NCBI GenBank assembly: GCA_903855985.1
Contig: CAIOAO010000043.1
Coordinates: 8,603 to 72,602, forward strand
DNA: 64,000 nt
From: an uncultured Opitutia bacterium
Lineage (GTDB): Bacteria > Verrucomicrobiota > Verrucomicrobiia > Opitutales > Opitutaceae
Direction of reading: 5' to 3'
Shown here: one piece after another, positions 1 to 8,622 of the stretch
Position numbering within the stretch: the first letter of the stretch is position 1
Layout: the number at the start of each line of letters is the position of its first letter
Position numbers and translations under genes: made by a program
The notes under the pieces: model-generated
Databases searched by the model: none
What the model saw: the letters and a program-made list of their open reading frames with translations, nothing else
What the model was told of the DNA's origin: nothing

Positions 1-234
1 GAGCTGCGACTTGGCCAGTACGGCCTTGCCGGCGGCGGCGCTGGCGTCGGACGGCCGCGTCCCGGCCGGCCACATCCGGCGCTCGCGGATGCCGGTCATC
101 AGCTCGAGCCGGCCCGCGGGCAGCTTGAGCCGCTCGTACAGCGGGCGCAGGCGTTCCTCGATCTGGGCGGAGGTCCAGATTTCGCCGGGGAGCGCGCTCG
201 CGAGGGATTCGATGCAGACGTGGGCGAACCTCAT
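1..234 (-). CDS. 3-oxoacyl-ACP synthase III (FabH-like), 5' part only; gene runs off the left window edge
   Basis: My translation of the reverse strand from ATG at 234..232 gives MRFAHVCIESLASALPGEIWTSAQIEERLRPLYERLKLPAGRLELMTGIRERRMWPAG..., a typical KAS III N-terminus. It is missing from the ORF track because it is truncated by the edge. Confidence 0.6.
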   Translation of the reverse strand, partial: MRFAHVCIESLASALPGEIWTSAQIEERLRPLYERLKLPAGRLELMTGIRERRMWPAGTRPSDASAAAGKAVLAKSQL

Positions 235-241
235 GCGCGCC

Positions 242-1054
242 TTACTTCTCCGGCCGCATGGCGAGCCGGATGATTTCCTGGTCGAAGTAATTCGAGCCGA
301 GCCCCGCGTCCACGACCAGCGTCGTGCCGTTCACCCCGCTGCTGCGCTCGCTGAGGAGAAACAGCACGGTGTTGGCGACTTCCTGCGTCTCGAGGTTGCG
401 TTTGCGGAACGTGAGCTTGGCGGCGTAAAGGTAGCTTTCGACATAGCCCGGGATGCCGGCCGACGCGCTGGTCTTGAGCGGTCCGGCGCCGACGGCGTTG
501 AAGCGCACGGCGGTGTCGGCGCTGAAGGACTTGGCGAGGAAGCGCACGCCGGACTCGAGGGCGGCCTTGATCGGGCCCATGTAGCCGTAGTTGTCGGGTG
601 TCACGAGCAGCGAGGAGATGCCGATGGTCACGACGGAGGCGTTCTTGGCCAGCAGCGGCTTGAGGGCGCGGGCGACCTCCACGAGGGAAAACGCGGACAC
701 GGCCATGGCCTGCAGGAAATCCGCGCGCTTCGTCTCATGGAACGGCTTGAAGCCCTCGCTGTAGTTGGCGAACGCGATGGAATGGACCACGCCGTGCAGC
801 ACCGGGTGGCCGGCGGCGGCGATCTCGGTGGCGAGCCGGGCGGGCGCGCCCTCCTGTTCGACGTCGCAGATAAAGACCGGTTTACCGGCGAGCTGGGTCT
901 CGAGGGACTTTTTGCGGGCCTCCGAGCGCACGCTGTAAAGCACCTTCGCGCCGGCTTCCTCGAGCGACTGGGCCGTGAACCAGGCCACGCTCTTGCGGTT
1001 GGCCACGCCGAAGACGAGGACGGTCTTGCCGGAAAGCTGGAGGAAATCGGTCAT
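242..1054 (-). CDS. fabI: enoyl-ACP reductase, FabI type (SDR)
   Basis: ORF 242..1084. Rossmann N-terminus [19 protein letters not shown] and FabI-like Y-x6-K ([12 protein letters not shown]). The ATG at 1054 overlaps the upstream stop as ATGA. Confidence 0.85.
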   Translation of the reverse strand: MTDFLQLSGKTVLVFGVANRKSVAWFTAQSLEEAGAKVLYSVRSEARKKSLETQLAGKPVFICDVEQEGAPARLATEIAAAGHPVLHGVVHSIAFANYSEGFKPFHETKRADFLQAMAVSAFSLVEVARALKPLLAKNASVVTIGISSLLVTPDNYGYMGPIKAALESGVRFLAKSFSADTAVRFNAVGAGPLKTSASAGIPGYVESYLYAAKLTFRKRNLETQEVANTVLFLLSERSSGVNGTTLVVDAGLGSNYFDQEIIRLAMRPEK

Positions 1055-1506
1055 GGCGCGGGCGTGGCGGCGGGCACCTTCCACGCCACGGAAAAATCCA
1101 CGGAGAGCACGCGCTTGTCACCGCTTTTGATGCTGCCGCTCATCATGGTGAAACCGCCGAGGGTCTCCTTTTTCTTCACTTCGATCACGATGGTCTCGCC
1201 GGGATAGACCGGGCTGCGGAAACGCACGTCGTTGATCTTCGCCAGCAGCGGCACACCGCCGGCCGGTCCACCCTGCCCCGCCATGCTGCGTGCCATGTAG
1301 AGCGCCCCGGTCTGGAACACCGCCTCGCACAGCAGTACCCCCGGGGTGATTGGCGCGCCGGGATAGTGTCCCTGGTAAAAATCCTCGTCGGCGCGCAGGG
1401 TCCGCTTGGCCACCAAGCCGTCCGCGCTCTCGGAGACGATCTCGTCCACGAACAGGAACGGCGGCCGGTGCGGGATCAGGGCGAGGACGTCGGGGCTGGC
1501 GCTCAT
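1051..1506 (-). CDS. 3-hydroxyacyl-ACP dehydratase, FabZ/FabA-like hotdog fold
   Basis: [15 protein letters not shown] ... [26 protein letters not shown] matches the FabZ signature. ATGA overlaps occur at both ends (1503-1506 and 1051-1054). Confidence 0.85.
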   Translation of the reverse strand: MSASPDVLALIPHRPPFLFVDEIVSESADGLVAKRTLRADEDFYQGHYPGAPITPGVLLCEAVFQTGALYMARSMAGQGGPAGGVPLLAKINDVRFRSPVYPGETIVIEVKKKETLGGFTMMSGSIKSGDKRVLSVDFSVAWKVPAATPAP

Positions 1507-2960
1507 GGGGTGGCGTTGGTGGAAGCGGGCTGGCGCTGGCGGAAGAGTGCCTGGTCGATCTTGTTCGCGACGATCACACCATAATTGATGGTCCCGAGCC
1601 AGCCCGACATGATGATGCCCACCGAGCCGGCGTGGTACAAGCCGGGGAGTTTTTCGGGCAGGTCCATCGAGACCTTCAGGCCCTCAAACTTGGTGCCAAA
1701 GGCCGTGCCGCCCACGTGCGTGGTGTAGCGCTCGATGGTCCGGGGCGTGGCGGCCTCCTTCCAGTCGATCTTTCCCCGCACGCCGGGAATGAACTTCTCC
1801 AGGGTGACGATCGCCTCCTCGATGAGCCGGTTTTTCTCCCGCTCGTACTCCTCGTCGCCCAGTTTTTGCCAGTCGCCGTAGCGGCCGTTGAGCGAGACCA
1901 CCACGGTGTAGCGGTCAGAGCCGGGCCGCGTGTCGGGGTAATACATCGAGAACGTCCGGCTCGTGGTGTGGAAATCGGTCAGTTCCTCGCTGCTGAACTT
2001 GGGGTTGCCCGACGTGAAGACGAGATCACCGATGTGCGGGAGCGTCTCGCCCTTGCGGATGCCGAGGTAAACCTGGCAGGAGCTCGAGTTGATGCGCACG
2101 GCCTGGGCGTTGGCGACGTACTCCGCCGGGAAACTTGCCTCGCCCGCGAGGCGGAAGATGGTGTTCTTGATGCTCGCGTTGGAGAGGACGGCCTTGGCGC
2201 GGATGACGCGGCCGCTGCTGGCGACGATGCCGCAGGCGACCTTCCGGCCGGCGCGCTCCTCGACCAGAATCTTGTCCACGAGCACTTTTTTCCGCACCTC
2301 GACACCGTTGTGCTTCAGCTCGGCGATCATCTTCTCGATCAGCACGTCCGAGCCGCCGCGGAAGGTGTAGACGCCCGAGCCCATGAAATTGGAAAACACG
2401 ATGCCGTAGGTGATGGCGGGATCGTTGAGCGTGGAGCCGTTGGCGTAGGCGATCGGCTCCATCAGCAGGCGCTTCACGTCATCGCGGCCCGGGAAGAAGC
2501 GCTCGAGCATCTCGCCCGTCGTCTCGGGGTTGTTGTCGTAGTAGTTCATCCCCCGCAGGTAGTCGTAGAACTTCTCGACGTGGTCGGGATCGAGTTTGAA
2601 CTGCTCGACGAGGACGCGGGTGTAGTCCTCGCGGGTGAAGGTCGTCCAGACGTCCATCTGCGGGTTGACGAAGCGGATGTCCTTCAGCTGCACGATCGCG
2701 TCGGCGATCTCCTTGGTCCAGTACTTGCGGCACGACTTGATCATGCCGACGGGGAAGCCGTGCAAGGAAATGTCGAAGATGTGGCCGCCCTTGCGGGTGA
2801 ACCAGGTGGCGAGGCCGCCGAACTGGTAGTGGTGCTCAAGGAGCAGCACCTTGTGCCCGGCTTTCGCCAGCACGTTTGCGCCGGTCAAGCCGCCCAGACC
2901 GCTGCCGATGACGATCACGTCATACTCGTCGGCCACCCCTTTGAGCCAGTCATAAGCCAT
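1503..2960 (-). CDS. NAD(P)/FAD-dependent oxidoreductase, phytoene desaturase (CrtI) family
   Basis: 485 aa. N-terminal dinucleotide fold [37 protein letters not shown], with CrtI/RetSat-like length and C-terminus. Confidence 0.85.
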   Translation of the reverse strand: MAYDWLKGVADEYDVIVIGSGLGGLTGANVLAKAGHKVLLLEHHYQFGGLATWFTRKGGHIFDISLHGFPVGMIKSCRKYWTKEIADAIVQLKDIRFVNPQMDVWTTFTREDYTRVLVEQFKLDPDHVEKFYDYLRGMNYYDNNPETTGEMLERFFPGRDDVKRLLMEPIAYANGSTLNDPAITYGIVFSNFMGSGVYTFRGGSDVLIEKMIAELKHNGVEVRKKVLVDKILVEERAGRKVACGIVASSGRVIRAKAVLSNASIKNTIFRLAGEASFPAEYVANAQAVRINSSSCQVYLGIRKGETLPHIGDLVFTSGNPKFSSEELTDFHTTSRTFSMYYPDTRPGSDRYTVVVSLNGRYGDWQKLGDEEYEREKNRLIEEAIVTLEKFIPGVRGKIDWKEAATPRTIERYTTHVGGTAFGTKFEGLKVSMDLPEKLPGLYHAGSVGIIMSGWLGTINYGVIVANKIDQALFRQRQPASTNATP

Positions 2961-3051
2961 GGAAGCCGATCAGTGAACGCGCTGCCGGAGCGAGGGCAAG
3001 GGGTTTGTTCCCCGCCCTCGGATTCACCCTGAAACCCGGCCTGGCCGCCGC

Positions 3052-4377
3052 CTAGCGCTGAGGCTCCGGCTGCTGGTCGCGGGGATTGTCCTTCGGCGGG
3101 GGCGGTGCCGGACGCGGCGGCGGTAGATTGACCGGACGGGCCTCGGGCGGCCGGGCGGCCGGCTGATGGTTCGGCGTGGGCGGCGGCTGATGGGTCAACT
3201 GGCCGGTCGGGCGCGGGGAGTTGTTCTCCGGCCGGGGTGCCGGTGGCGGCGTGGTGGGCGCACGGTCGCGGTTGTTCTGATTCCAGTTGGGATTGTTGGC
3301 GGGCCGGGACGCCGGCTGGCTGGGCGGATTGGCCGGCCGGGGATTGTTGGCCGGCGCATTAGTTTCCGGCCGGGGCGCGGGTGTCGCGGGGGTCACGGGC
3401 GGGCGGTGGTCGCGATTGTCGTGGTTCCAGTTGGGGTTGTTCGCCGGGACCGGCTGGCGGTTGTGATCGTTGTCCCGCGAATTATTGTCCGGCCGCGGGC
3501 GTTCCGGGTGCGCGTCACGGGGCGGATACGACGGATACGACGGTGAGCTGGGGAATGGCCGGGGGCGGATAATATCCGGATTGGAGCGGTGGTTGTCGGG
3601 ACGCGTGAAAGGCGGACGCGTTGCCGGTGGAGTCCACGGGCGCCAGTTGTTGCCATAATTCGGCTTTCCGCCGGGGCCCGGGCGGCGGTTCCAATCCCGG
3701 TGCTCGGACCAGTTGTGATGGCGGTCACCGACGATGATGACGCGGGTGCGCCAGTTGAAATCGTAGCTTAGCCAGAAGCCGACCGGCAGACCCAGGCCAA
3801 ACGTCACATAGGGCGGACCACCGTAATAGCTGGTCTGACCGTAGACCAGATTCGGGTCGTAATACGGCACGTAGATGACGTCCGGCTGGGCCGGCACGAT
3901 CTGGATGTCGTCACCATCCAGCAGCAGTTTCTGCTGGGGCGTGCTCGTGAGGGTGCCGTTGGCCTTCGCGCGAACGCGCAAGCGCTGCACGGAGTTCATC
4001 ACCTCGTCGGGTTGGAAGAGGAACGTGGCGCCGAGCTGTTGCGTCCAGGTCAGGTTTTCATCCATCCACTTGATCAGCATCGGATACCGTGCGAGGGCGC
4101 GGACGCTTTCGCTCCACGGCTGGTCGTCGATCTTGTCCGGGTCGCCGCCGGTGCTGAGGTAGCGCTGGGCCAGCACGATGTCGGCGGGGCTGGCCGCGGC
4201 CGGCAGAATGATGGCGACCAGGGCGTCGGGATAGAGGGCGATGGGCCCCAGCAGCTGGTCGACCTGCTGCGGGTTCAGCGGCGCGTTGACGTCAATTTCC
4301 TCGGCGCGCCCCGGGCTGGCGGCAAGCAGCGCGAGGCCAAGGAGGAAGCTCAGGACGGGGACAGTGGAGAGTTTCAT
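3052..4377 (-). CDS. secreted DUF3300-family protein with long Pro/Asn/Arg-rich low-complexity tail
   Basis: ORF 3052..4536. The internal ATG at 4377 gives signal peptide MKLSTVPVLSFLLGLALLAASPGRA. LLGPIALYPDALVAIILPAAASPADIVLAQRYL is the DUF3300 core. The C-terminal ~170 aa is P/N/R-rich. Confidence 0.8.
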   Translation of the reverse strand: MKLSTVPVLSFLLGLALLAASPGRAEEIDVNAPLNPQQVDQLLGPIALYPDALVAIILPAAASPADIVLAQRYLSTGGDPDKIDDQPWSESVRALARYPMLIKWMDENLTWTQQLGATFLFQPDEVMNSVQRLRVRAKANGTLTSTPQQKLLLDGDDIQIVPAQPDVIYVPYYDPNLVYGQTSYYGGPPYVTFGLGLPVGFWLSYDFNWRTRVIIVGDRHHNWSEHRDWNRRPGPGGKPNYGNNWRPWTPPATRPPFTRPDNHRSNPDIIRPRPFPSSPSYPSYPPRDAHPERPRPDNNSRDNDHNRQPVPANNPNWNHDNRDHRPPVTPATPAPRPETNAPANNPRPANPPSQPASRPANNPNWNQNNRDRAPTTPPPAPRPENNSPRPTGQLTHQPPPTPNHQPAARPPEARPVNLPPPRPAPPPPKDNPRDQQPEPQR

Positions 4378-4445
4378 GGGGGTAGGAAGTGCTCCTGCAC
4401 TGAGTGAACTGAGACAAAAGGGGTAAATCTTTGTGCCGGAAAAAG

Positions 4446-5879
4446 CTAAGCTTTCGCGAGGATGTGGTAATTGGCCATGGAGATGCCGCTGAGCATGGCG
4501 CCGACGATGCCGAGAAAACCCTGGTCCGTGCCGCACAGGTAGAGATTGGCGAGATCGGTGCGGCCCTGCCGGTTCTTTTCTGCCGCGCCGTAAATGGCGC
4601 CGCCGAGGTGGCCGGTAAACTTGGTGATGGTGCGGGGGGTGAACATGTCAGTGCTCACGGTGGCACGGGTGAGCAGGTCGGGCGCGGCCAGCTTCGGGAG
4701 GAAACGCTGGGCGCTTTTCTGCAGCGCGGCGTACCAGCGCAGCTTGTCGGCGCGGTAGGTTTCCTCCGGCAGGTGGGCCCAGCGTTCGAAGTTGGCGAGG
4801 CAGGTGCAGCGGAAGATGCCCTCGGCGAGCTGCTGGTCGGGACCGTAGTCGAAATTATTGGGGATGCAGATCACGCCGCTGCGCGGATCCACCTGCGCCT
4901 CCGGGCAGGCGTAGTCGAATTTGGCCGAGTCGTTGAAAAACACGATGGTGTCACTCCCCCACCCGAGGTCCGCCGGCTGCCGGTCCAGGATCGTGATTGT
5001 TTCCACAAAGGACAGACGCCCGGGCGCCGGGGCGGGTTGCAGGCGGTGACCCGATTGCACGAGGCGCGCGGTTTCGGGCGCTCCGATGGACGAGATGACA
5101 TGGTCGGCGGTGATCTCGTCACCGTTGTCGAGGAGGAGCGAGGCGGCGCGGCCGTCGCGGGCGACGATGTGCTTCACACCGCACTTCATGCGGCGTTCGC
5201 CGCCGGCGGCGCGGTACTTTTCGAGCAGGACCCGGAGAATGACCCGCACGCCATCGAAGGGCCGCGCGAAGCCCTCGAGGAAGAGCGCCTTGAACATGAT
5301 CACGAACTGGCCGAACTCCATGTCGTGCTCGGACGAGCTGCCGTAATACATCACGGGGCAGAACAGCATGTGCTCCAGCAGCGGGTCGGTGATGTACTGG
5401 CGGACGAGGGTCCGCGCCGACACGGGCTGGGCGTCGAGCGAGACATCATCGTAGGCCCGCACCGCGCTGGTCAGCCGGCGGAAGCCGTCGATCTGGGCGG
5501 GAAATTTTTCCGCGACCTCGCCCTCGAGCACGGCAAAGTCGTTGGTGAACCGCAGCGAGGTCTCACCGTGCGGGCCGAAGGCGATGCGCGTCTGCTTCTG
5601 CTCGCAGAGGGCGAACTCCTCGCGGCTGATGCGCAACTGCCGGAGGAGCTTGGTCAGGGGCGTCCCCTTGACCCCGGGTTGCACGAAATTGGTCATCGCA
5701 TGCAGGCCGACGTCGAATTTGCGTCCGCCGATGCTGTAGAAGCTGTTCAGTCCGCCGACGGTGTTGTGCCGCTCGAAGATGCAGACCTTCTTGCCGAAGT
5801 GCGCCAGCCGGATGCCGGCGGCGAGCCCGGACATGCCGGCGCCGATGATGGCGACATCGTAGTGGGAGCGGGAATTCAC
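4446..5879 (-). CDS. NAD(P)/FAD-dependent oxidoreductase, phytoene desaturase (CrtI) family (second copy)
   Basis: ORF 4446..5921 begins with TTG inside a 23-bp-arm hairpin. The GTG at 5879 (VNSRSHYDVAIIGAGMSGLAAGIRLAHFGKKVCIFERHNTVGG) is the more likely start. Confidence 0.8.
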   Translation of the reverse strand: MNSRSHYDVAIIGAGMSGLAAGIRLAHFGKKVCIFERHNTVGGLNSFYSIGGRKFDVGLHAMTNFVQPGVKGTPLTKLLRQLRISREEFALCEQKQTRIAFGPHGETSLRFTNDFAVLEGEVAEKFPAQIDGFRRLTSAVRAYDDVSLDAQPVSARTLVRQYITDPLLEHMLFCPVMYYGSSSEHDMEFGQFVIMFKALFLEGFARPFDGVRVILRVLLEKYRAAGGERRMKCGVKHIVARDGRAASLLLDNGDEITADHVISSIGAPETARLVQSGHRLQPAPAPGRLSFVETITILDRQPADLGWGSDTIVFFNDSAKFDYACPEAQVDPRSGVICIPNNFDYGPDQQLAEGIFRCTCLANFERWAHLPEETYRADKLRWYAALQKSAQRFLPKLAAPDLLTRATVSTDMFTPRTITKFTGHLGGAIYGAAEKNRQGRTDLANLYLCGTDQGFLGIVGAMLSGISMANYHILAKA

Positions 5880-5891
5880 CGGAGAGATGAA

Positions 5892-5954
5892 GGGGGAAGC
5901 CAGGAAACCAGGAAAGACCAAAACCTTCCGGTTCCTGGTTTCATGGCTTCCCCC
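5892..5954. repeat. inverted repeat with 23-bp arms (1 mismatch) and 17-nt spacer; each arm is built from GGAA/TTCC units with 8-bp period
   Basis: GGGGGAAGCCAGGAAACCAGGAA (5892-5914) versus TTCCTGGTTTCATGGCTTCCCCC (5932-5954). The reverse complement differs at one base. Confidence 0.9.
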
Positions 5955-5987
5955 TTAAAATAAAACAGGCCGGGAATACTCCCGGCC
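5955..5987 (-). terminator. rho-independent terminator after the ACP gene
   Basis: Reverse strand reads GGCCGGGA-gtat-TCCCGGCC followed by TGTTTTATTTTAA, about 30 nt past the ACP stop at 6017. Confidence 0.65.
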
Positions 5988-6016
5988 CGTGGTCGTCCTT
6001 GGCGCGGTGCGCGCGG

Positions 6017-6280
6017 TCAGCTCTTGGCACTCAGCGCGTTGAACTTCGGCGTGAGGTACTCCGCGCAGCTGTCGAGCGAAGCGAGCTGGATGTAGTCCGC
6101 CTCCGGGACCTCGATGCTGTGGCGTTTGCGCAGTTCCATCACGATATCGAGGAAATCCATCGAATCGAGCTGGAGCTGGTCGCGCAGGCGCACGTCGGAC
6201 TTGACGTTGGTCAGGTCCTCGTCGGGCGCGATGTCGGCAATGATGTCGAGCACCACCTTCTTGCATTCGTCTTTGGTCAT
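6017..6280 (-). CDS. acyl carrier protein (cluster-specific)
   Basis: 87 aa. The phosphopantetheine attachment motif is LQLDSMDFLDIVMEL. Confidence 0.9.
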   Translation of the reverse strand: MTKDECKKVVLDIIADIAPDEDLTNVKSDVRLRDQLQLDSMDFLDIVMELRKRHSIEVPEADYIQLASLDSCAEYLTPKFNALSAKS

Positions 6281-6301
6281 ATATGGGCGGAAGCGTGGGA
6301 C

Positions 6302-7540
6302 TTAGGGGGCAAAGCGTTTAACAATCAACGTGGAATTTATCCCCAGCATCCCGAAGGAGTTATTGAGGATGGTGTCCACTTTCGCAACCTTCCGTGGCTG
6401 ATTTAAAACCAGCCCGGGCAGCGCGCACGCCGGGTCGAGGTCATCCACGTTGATCGTCGGGTGCACGATCAGGTCGTCGAAGGACGGCAGGTTGCCGGCC
6501 AGCTCCAGCGCCCCCGCCGCACCCATGCAGTGGCCGATGTAGCTCTTGGTGTTGTTGATGTGGGTTTCGGGGCAACCTTCGCCGAACACCGCACGGATGG
6601 CCTCGCACTCCTGGATATCGCCGAGGGGCGTGGCAGTGGCGTGGGTGTTGACGATGTGAATATCGGCCGGAGTGAGTCCGGCGCGGCGGATGGACGCGCG
6701 CACGCACTCGGCCTGCCGGACGGGATTGGGCAGCACGTAGTCGCTGGCGTCGGAGTTGACGTGATAGCCCGCGATCTCGGCGTAGATCTTGGCTCCGCGC
6801 GCCTGGGCATCCTCGAGCCGCTCGAGCGTGTACAAACAGCCACCCTCCGAGACGACGATGCCATTGCGGGCCTTGTCGAAGGGGCGGCTGGCCTTGGCCG
6901 GGTCGGCGTGGGTGGCGAGGGCGTTCTGGCTCTTAAAACCGGCGAAGATGCCGAAGGTGTGGATGCTCTCGCTGATGCCGCCGCAGATGGCCAGGTCCAC
7001 CTCGCCGAGGCGCAGCATCTGCGCGGCGTGGATCAGGCCCAGGTTGCCGGCGGCGCAGGCGGCGCCGATGGTGTACGCGGGCCCGGTGACACCGAGATTG
7101 AGCGAGGCCTCGCCCGCCGGGTTGTTCGCGACGGTGCGGGGGTTGTGGTAATGCGACCAGAACTTCGTGTCGTAGTTAAACTTCGAGATGTTGTAGATTT
7201 CGTTCTCCGTCTCGACGTTGCCGTGCTCGGTGCAGCCGATGTAGATGCCCACGCGGTCCTTGGCCTGGGCCGACCAGTCGATCTTGCTGTCGGCCAGGGC
7301 TTCGCGGGCGCAATAGACGCTGATGCTGCCGGCGCGGGTGCCGACGCGAACCTCCTTCTTGGTCTGGTGGCGGAGGGCGTCGTAGTGGCAGACACCGGCG
7401 AGCTGCGAGCCCATGTAGCGGATTTCCATGCGCTCGATGCCTGCCACGCCATTGAGCAGGTTCTGGCGGAACTCCGCCAGGGAATTGCCGTTGGGGGCAG
7501 TCAAACCGACTCCGGTGATGACGATGCGGGAAGGCTTCAT
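6302..7540 (-). CDS. beta-ketoacyl-ACP synthase I/II (FabF/FabB-like)
   Basis: ORF 6302..7567 has a TTG start; the ATG at 7540 gives MKPSRIVITGVGLTAPNG. Cys-His-His triad context: IGAACAAG, NTHATATPLGD, IGHCMGAAG. Confidence 0.9.
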   Translation of the reverse strand: MKPSRIVITGVGLTAPNGNSLAEFRQNLLNGVAGIERMEIRYMGSQLAGVCHYDALRHQTKKEVRVGTRAGSISVYCAREALADSKIDWSAQAKDRVGIYIGCTEHGNVETENEIYNISKFNYDTKFWSHYHNPRTVANNPAGEASLNLGVTGPAYTIGAACAAGNLGLIHAAQMLRLGEVDLAICGGISESIHTFGIFAGFKSQNALATHADPAKASRPFDKARNGIVVSEGGCLYTLERLEDAQARGAKIYAEIAGYHVNSDASDYVLPNPVRQAECVRASIRRAGLTPADIHIVNTHATATPLGDIQECEAIRAVFGEGCPETHINNTKSYIGHCMGAAGALELAGNLPSFDDLIVHPTINVDDLDPACALPGLVLNQPRKVAKVDTILNNSFGMLGINSTLIVKRFAP

Positions 7541-7599
7541 TCGTTGGGAAAGGAAATCGCTAGCCAACCCCGGGCCGAAAGCAATACAAGCCTCACTGC

Positions 7600-8589
7600 A
7601 TGAACGTGCTTGTCGTCGGGGGCGCCGGTTACATCGGCAGCCATTGTGTCCGCCAGCTCATTGCCGCCGGGCATCGTCCGGTGGTGCTGGACAACCTTGT
7701 GTACGGCCACCGGGCCGCGGTGGCGCCCGGCGTGGCCCTGCACCAGGTCAATCTCGCGGACGAACCGGCGGTCGGAAAGCTGCTCCGCGACGAGGCGATC
7801 GAGCTGGTGATGCATTTCGCCGCCTACTGCTACGTGGGCGAGTCGGTGACGGATCCGCTCAAATATTACTTCAACAATGAGGTCGGCACGCTGCAGCTGT
7901 TGCGCGCGATGCTGGCGGCCGGCGTGAAAAAGTTCGTGTTCTCCTCGACCTGTGCGACCTACGGCACGCCGGCGACGCTGCCCATCGTCGAGACGATGCC
8001 CCAGGCGCCGATCAATCCCTACGGCCAGACGAAACTCGACGTCGAAAACGCCCTCAAGGCCCTCGCGGTGGCCCACGGCCTGAGCTTCGCGGCGTTCCGC
8101 TATTTCAATGCCGCCGGGGCCGCCGAGGATGGGAGCATCGGGGAGGATCACACGCCCGAGACGCACCTGATCCCGCTCGCCTTCGACGCCGCCACGGGCC
8201 GCCGGGCGCAACTCGAGATTTTCGGCACGGATTACCCCACCCCCGACGGCACCTGCCAGCGCGATTACGTGCATGTGGACGACCTCAGCCGCGCGCATAT
8301 CGCCGTGTTCGGGCAACTGGCCAAGCCGGGGGCCGCGTTGTTCTACAATCTCGGCACCGGCCGCCCGACCTCGAATCGCGAGGTCATCCGCGCCGTGGAA
8401 AAAGCCACCGGCCGCAAAATCAAGATCGTCGAGGCGCCGCGCCGCCCGGGTGACCCGGCCGCGCTTTACGCCGATTCATCCAAGGCACAGCGCGAGCTCG
8501 GCTGGAAACCCAAGTTCCCCGACATCGATTCCATCGTCGCCACCGCCTGGAAATGGCACGCGGCGCATCCCGGCGGCTACGGGAAGTGA
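7600..8589 (+). CDS. galE: UDP-glucose 4-epimerase
   Basis: MNVLVVGGAGYIGSHCVRQL with full-length GalE-like sequence, including the YGQTK catalytic motif. Confidence 0.9.
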   Translation: MNVLVVGGAGYIGSHCVRQLIAAGHRPVVLDNLVYGHRAAVAPGVALHQVNLADEPAVGKLLRDEAIELVMHFAAYCYVGESVTDPLKYYFNNEVGTLQLLRAMLAAGVKKFVFSSTCATYGTPATLPIVETMPQAPINPYGQTKLDVENALKALAVAHGLSFAAFRYFNAAGAAEDGSIGEDHTPETHLIPLAFDAATGRRAQLEIFGTDYPTPDGTCQRDYVHVDDLSRAHIAVFGQLAKPGAALFYNLGTGRPTSNREVIRAVEKATGRKIKIVEAPRRPGDPAALYADSSKAQRELGWKPKFPDIDSIVATAWKWHAAHPGGYGK

Positions 8590-8594
8590 CGGGT

Positions 8595-8622
8595 GTAGGG
8601 CGGGTCTAAGACCCCGCTCTAC
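8595..8622. repeat. REP-like GC hairpin, GTAGGGCGGGTCT family
   Basis: GTAGGGCGGGTCTAAGACCCCGCTCTAC lies between convergent galE and the sigma54 activator and overlaps the activator stop codon. A second copy is at 38804. Confidence 0.7.
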
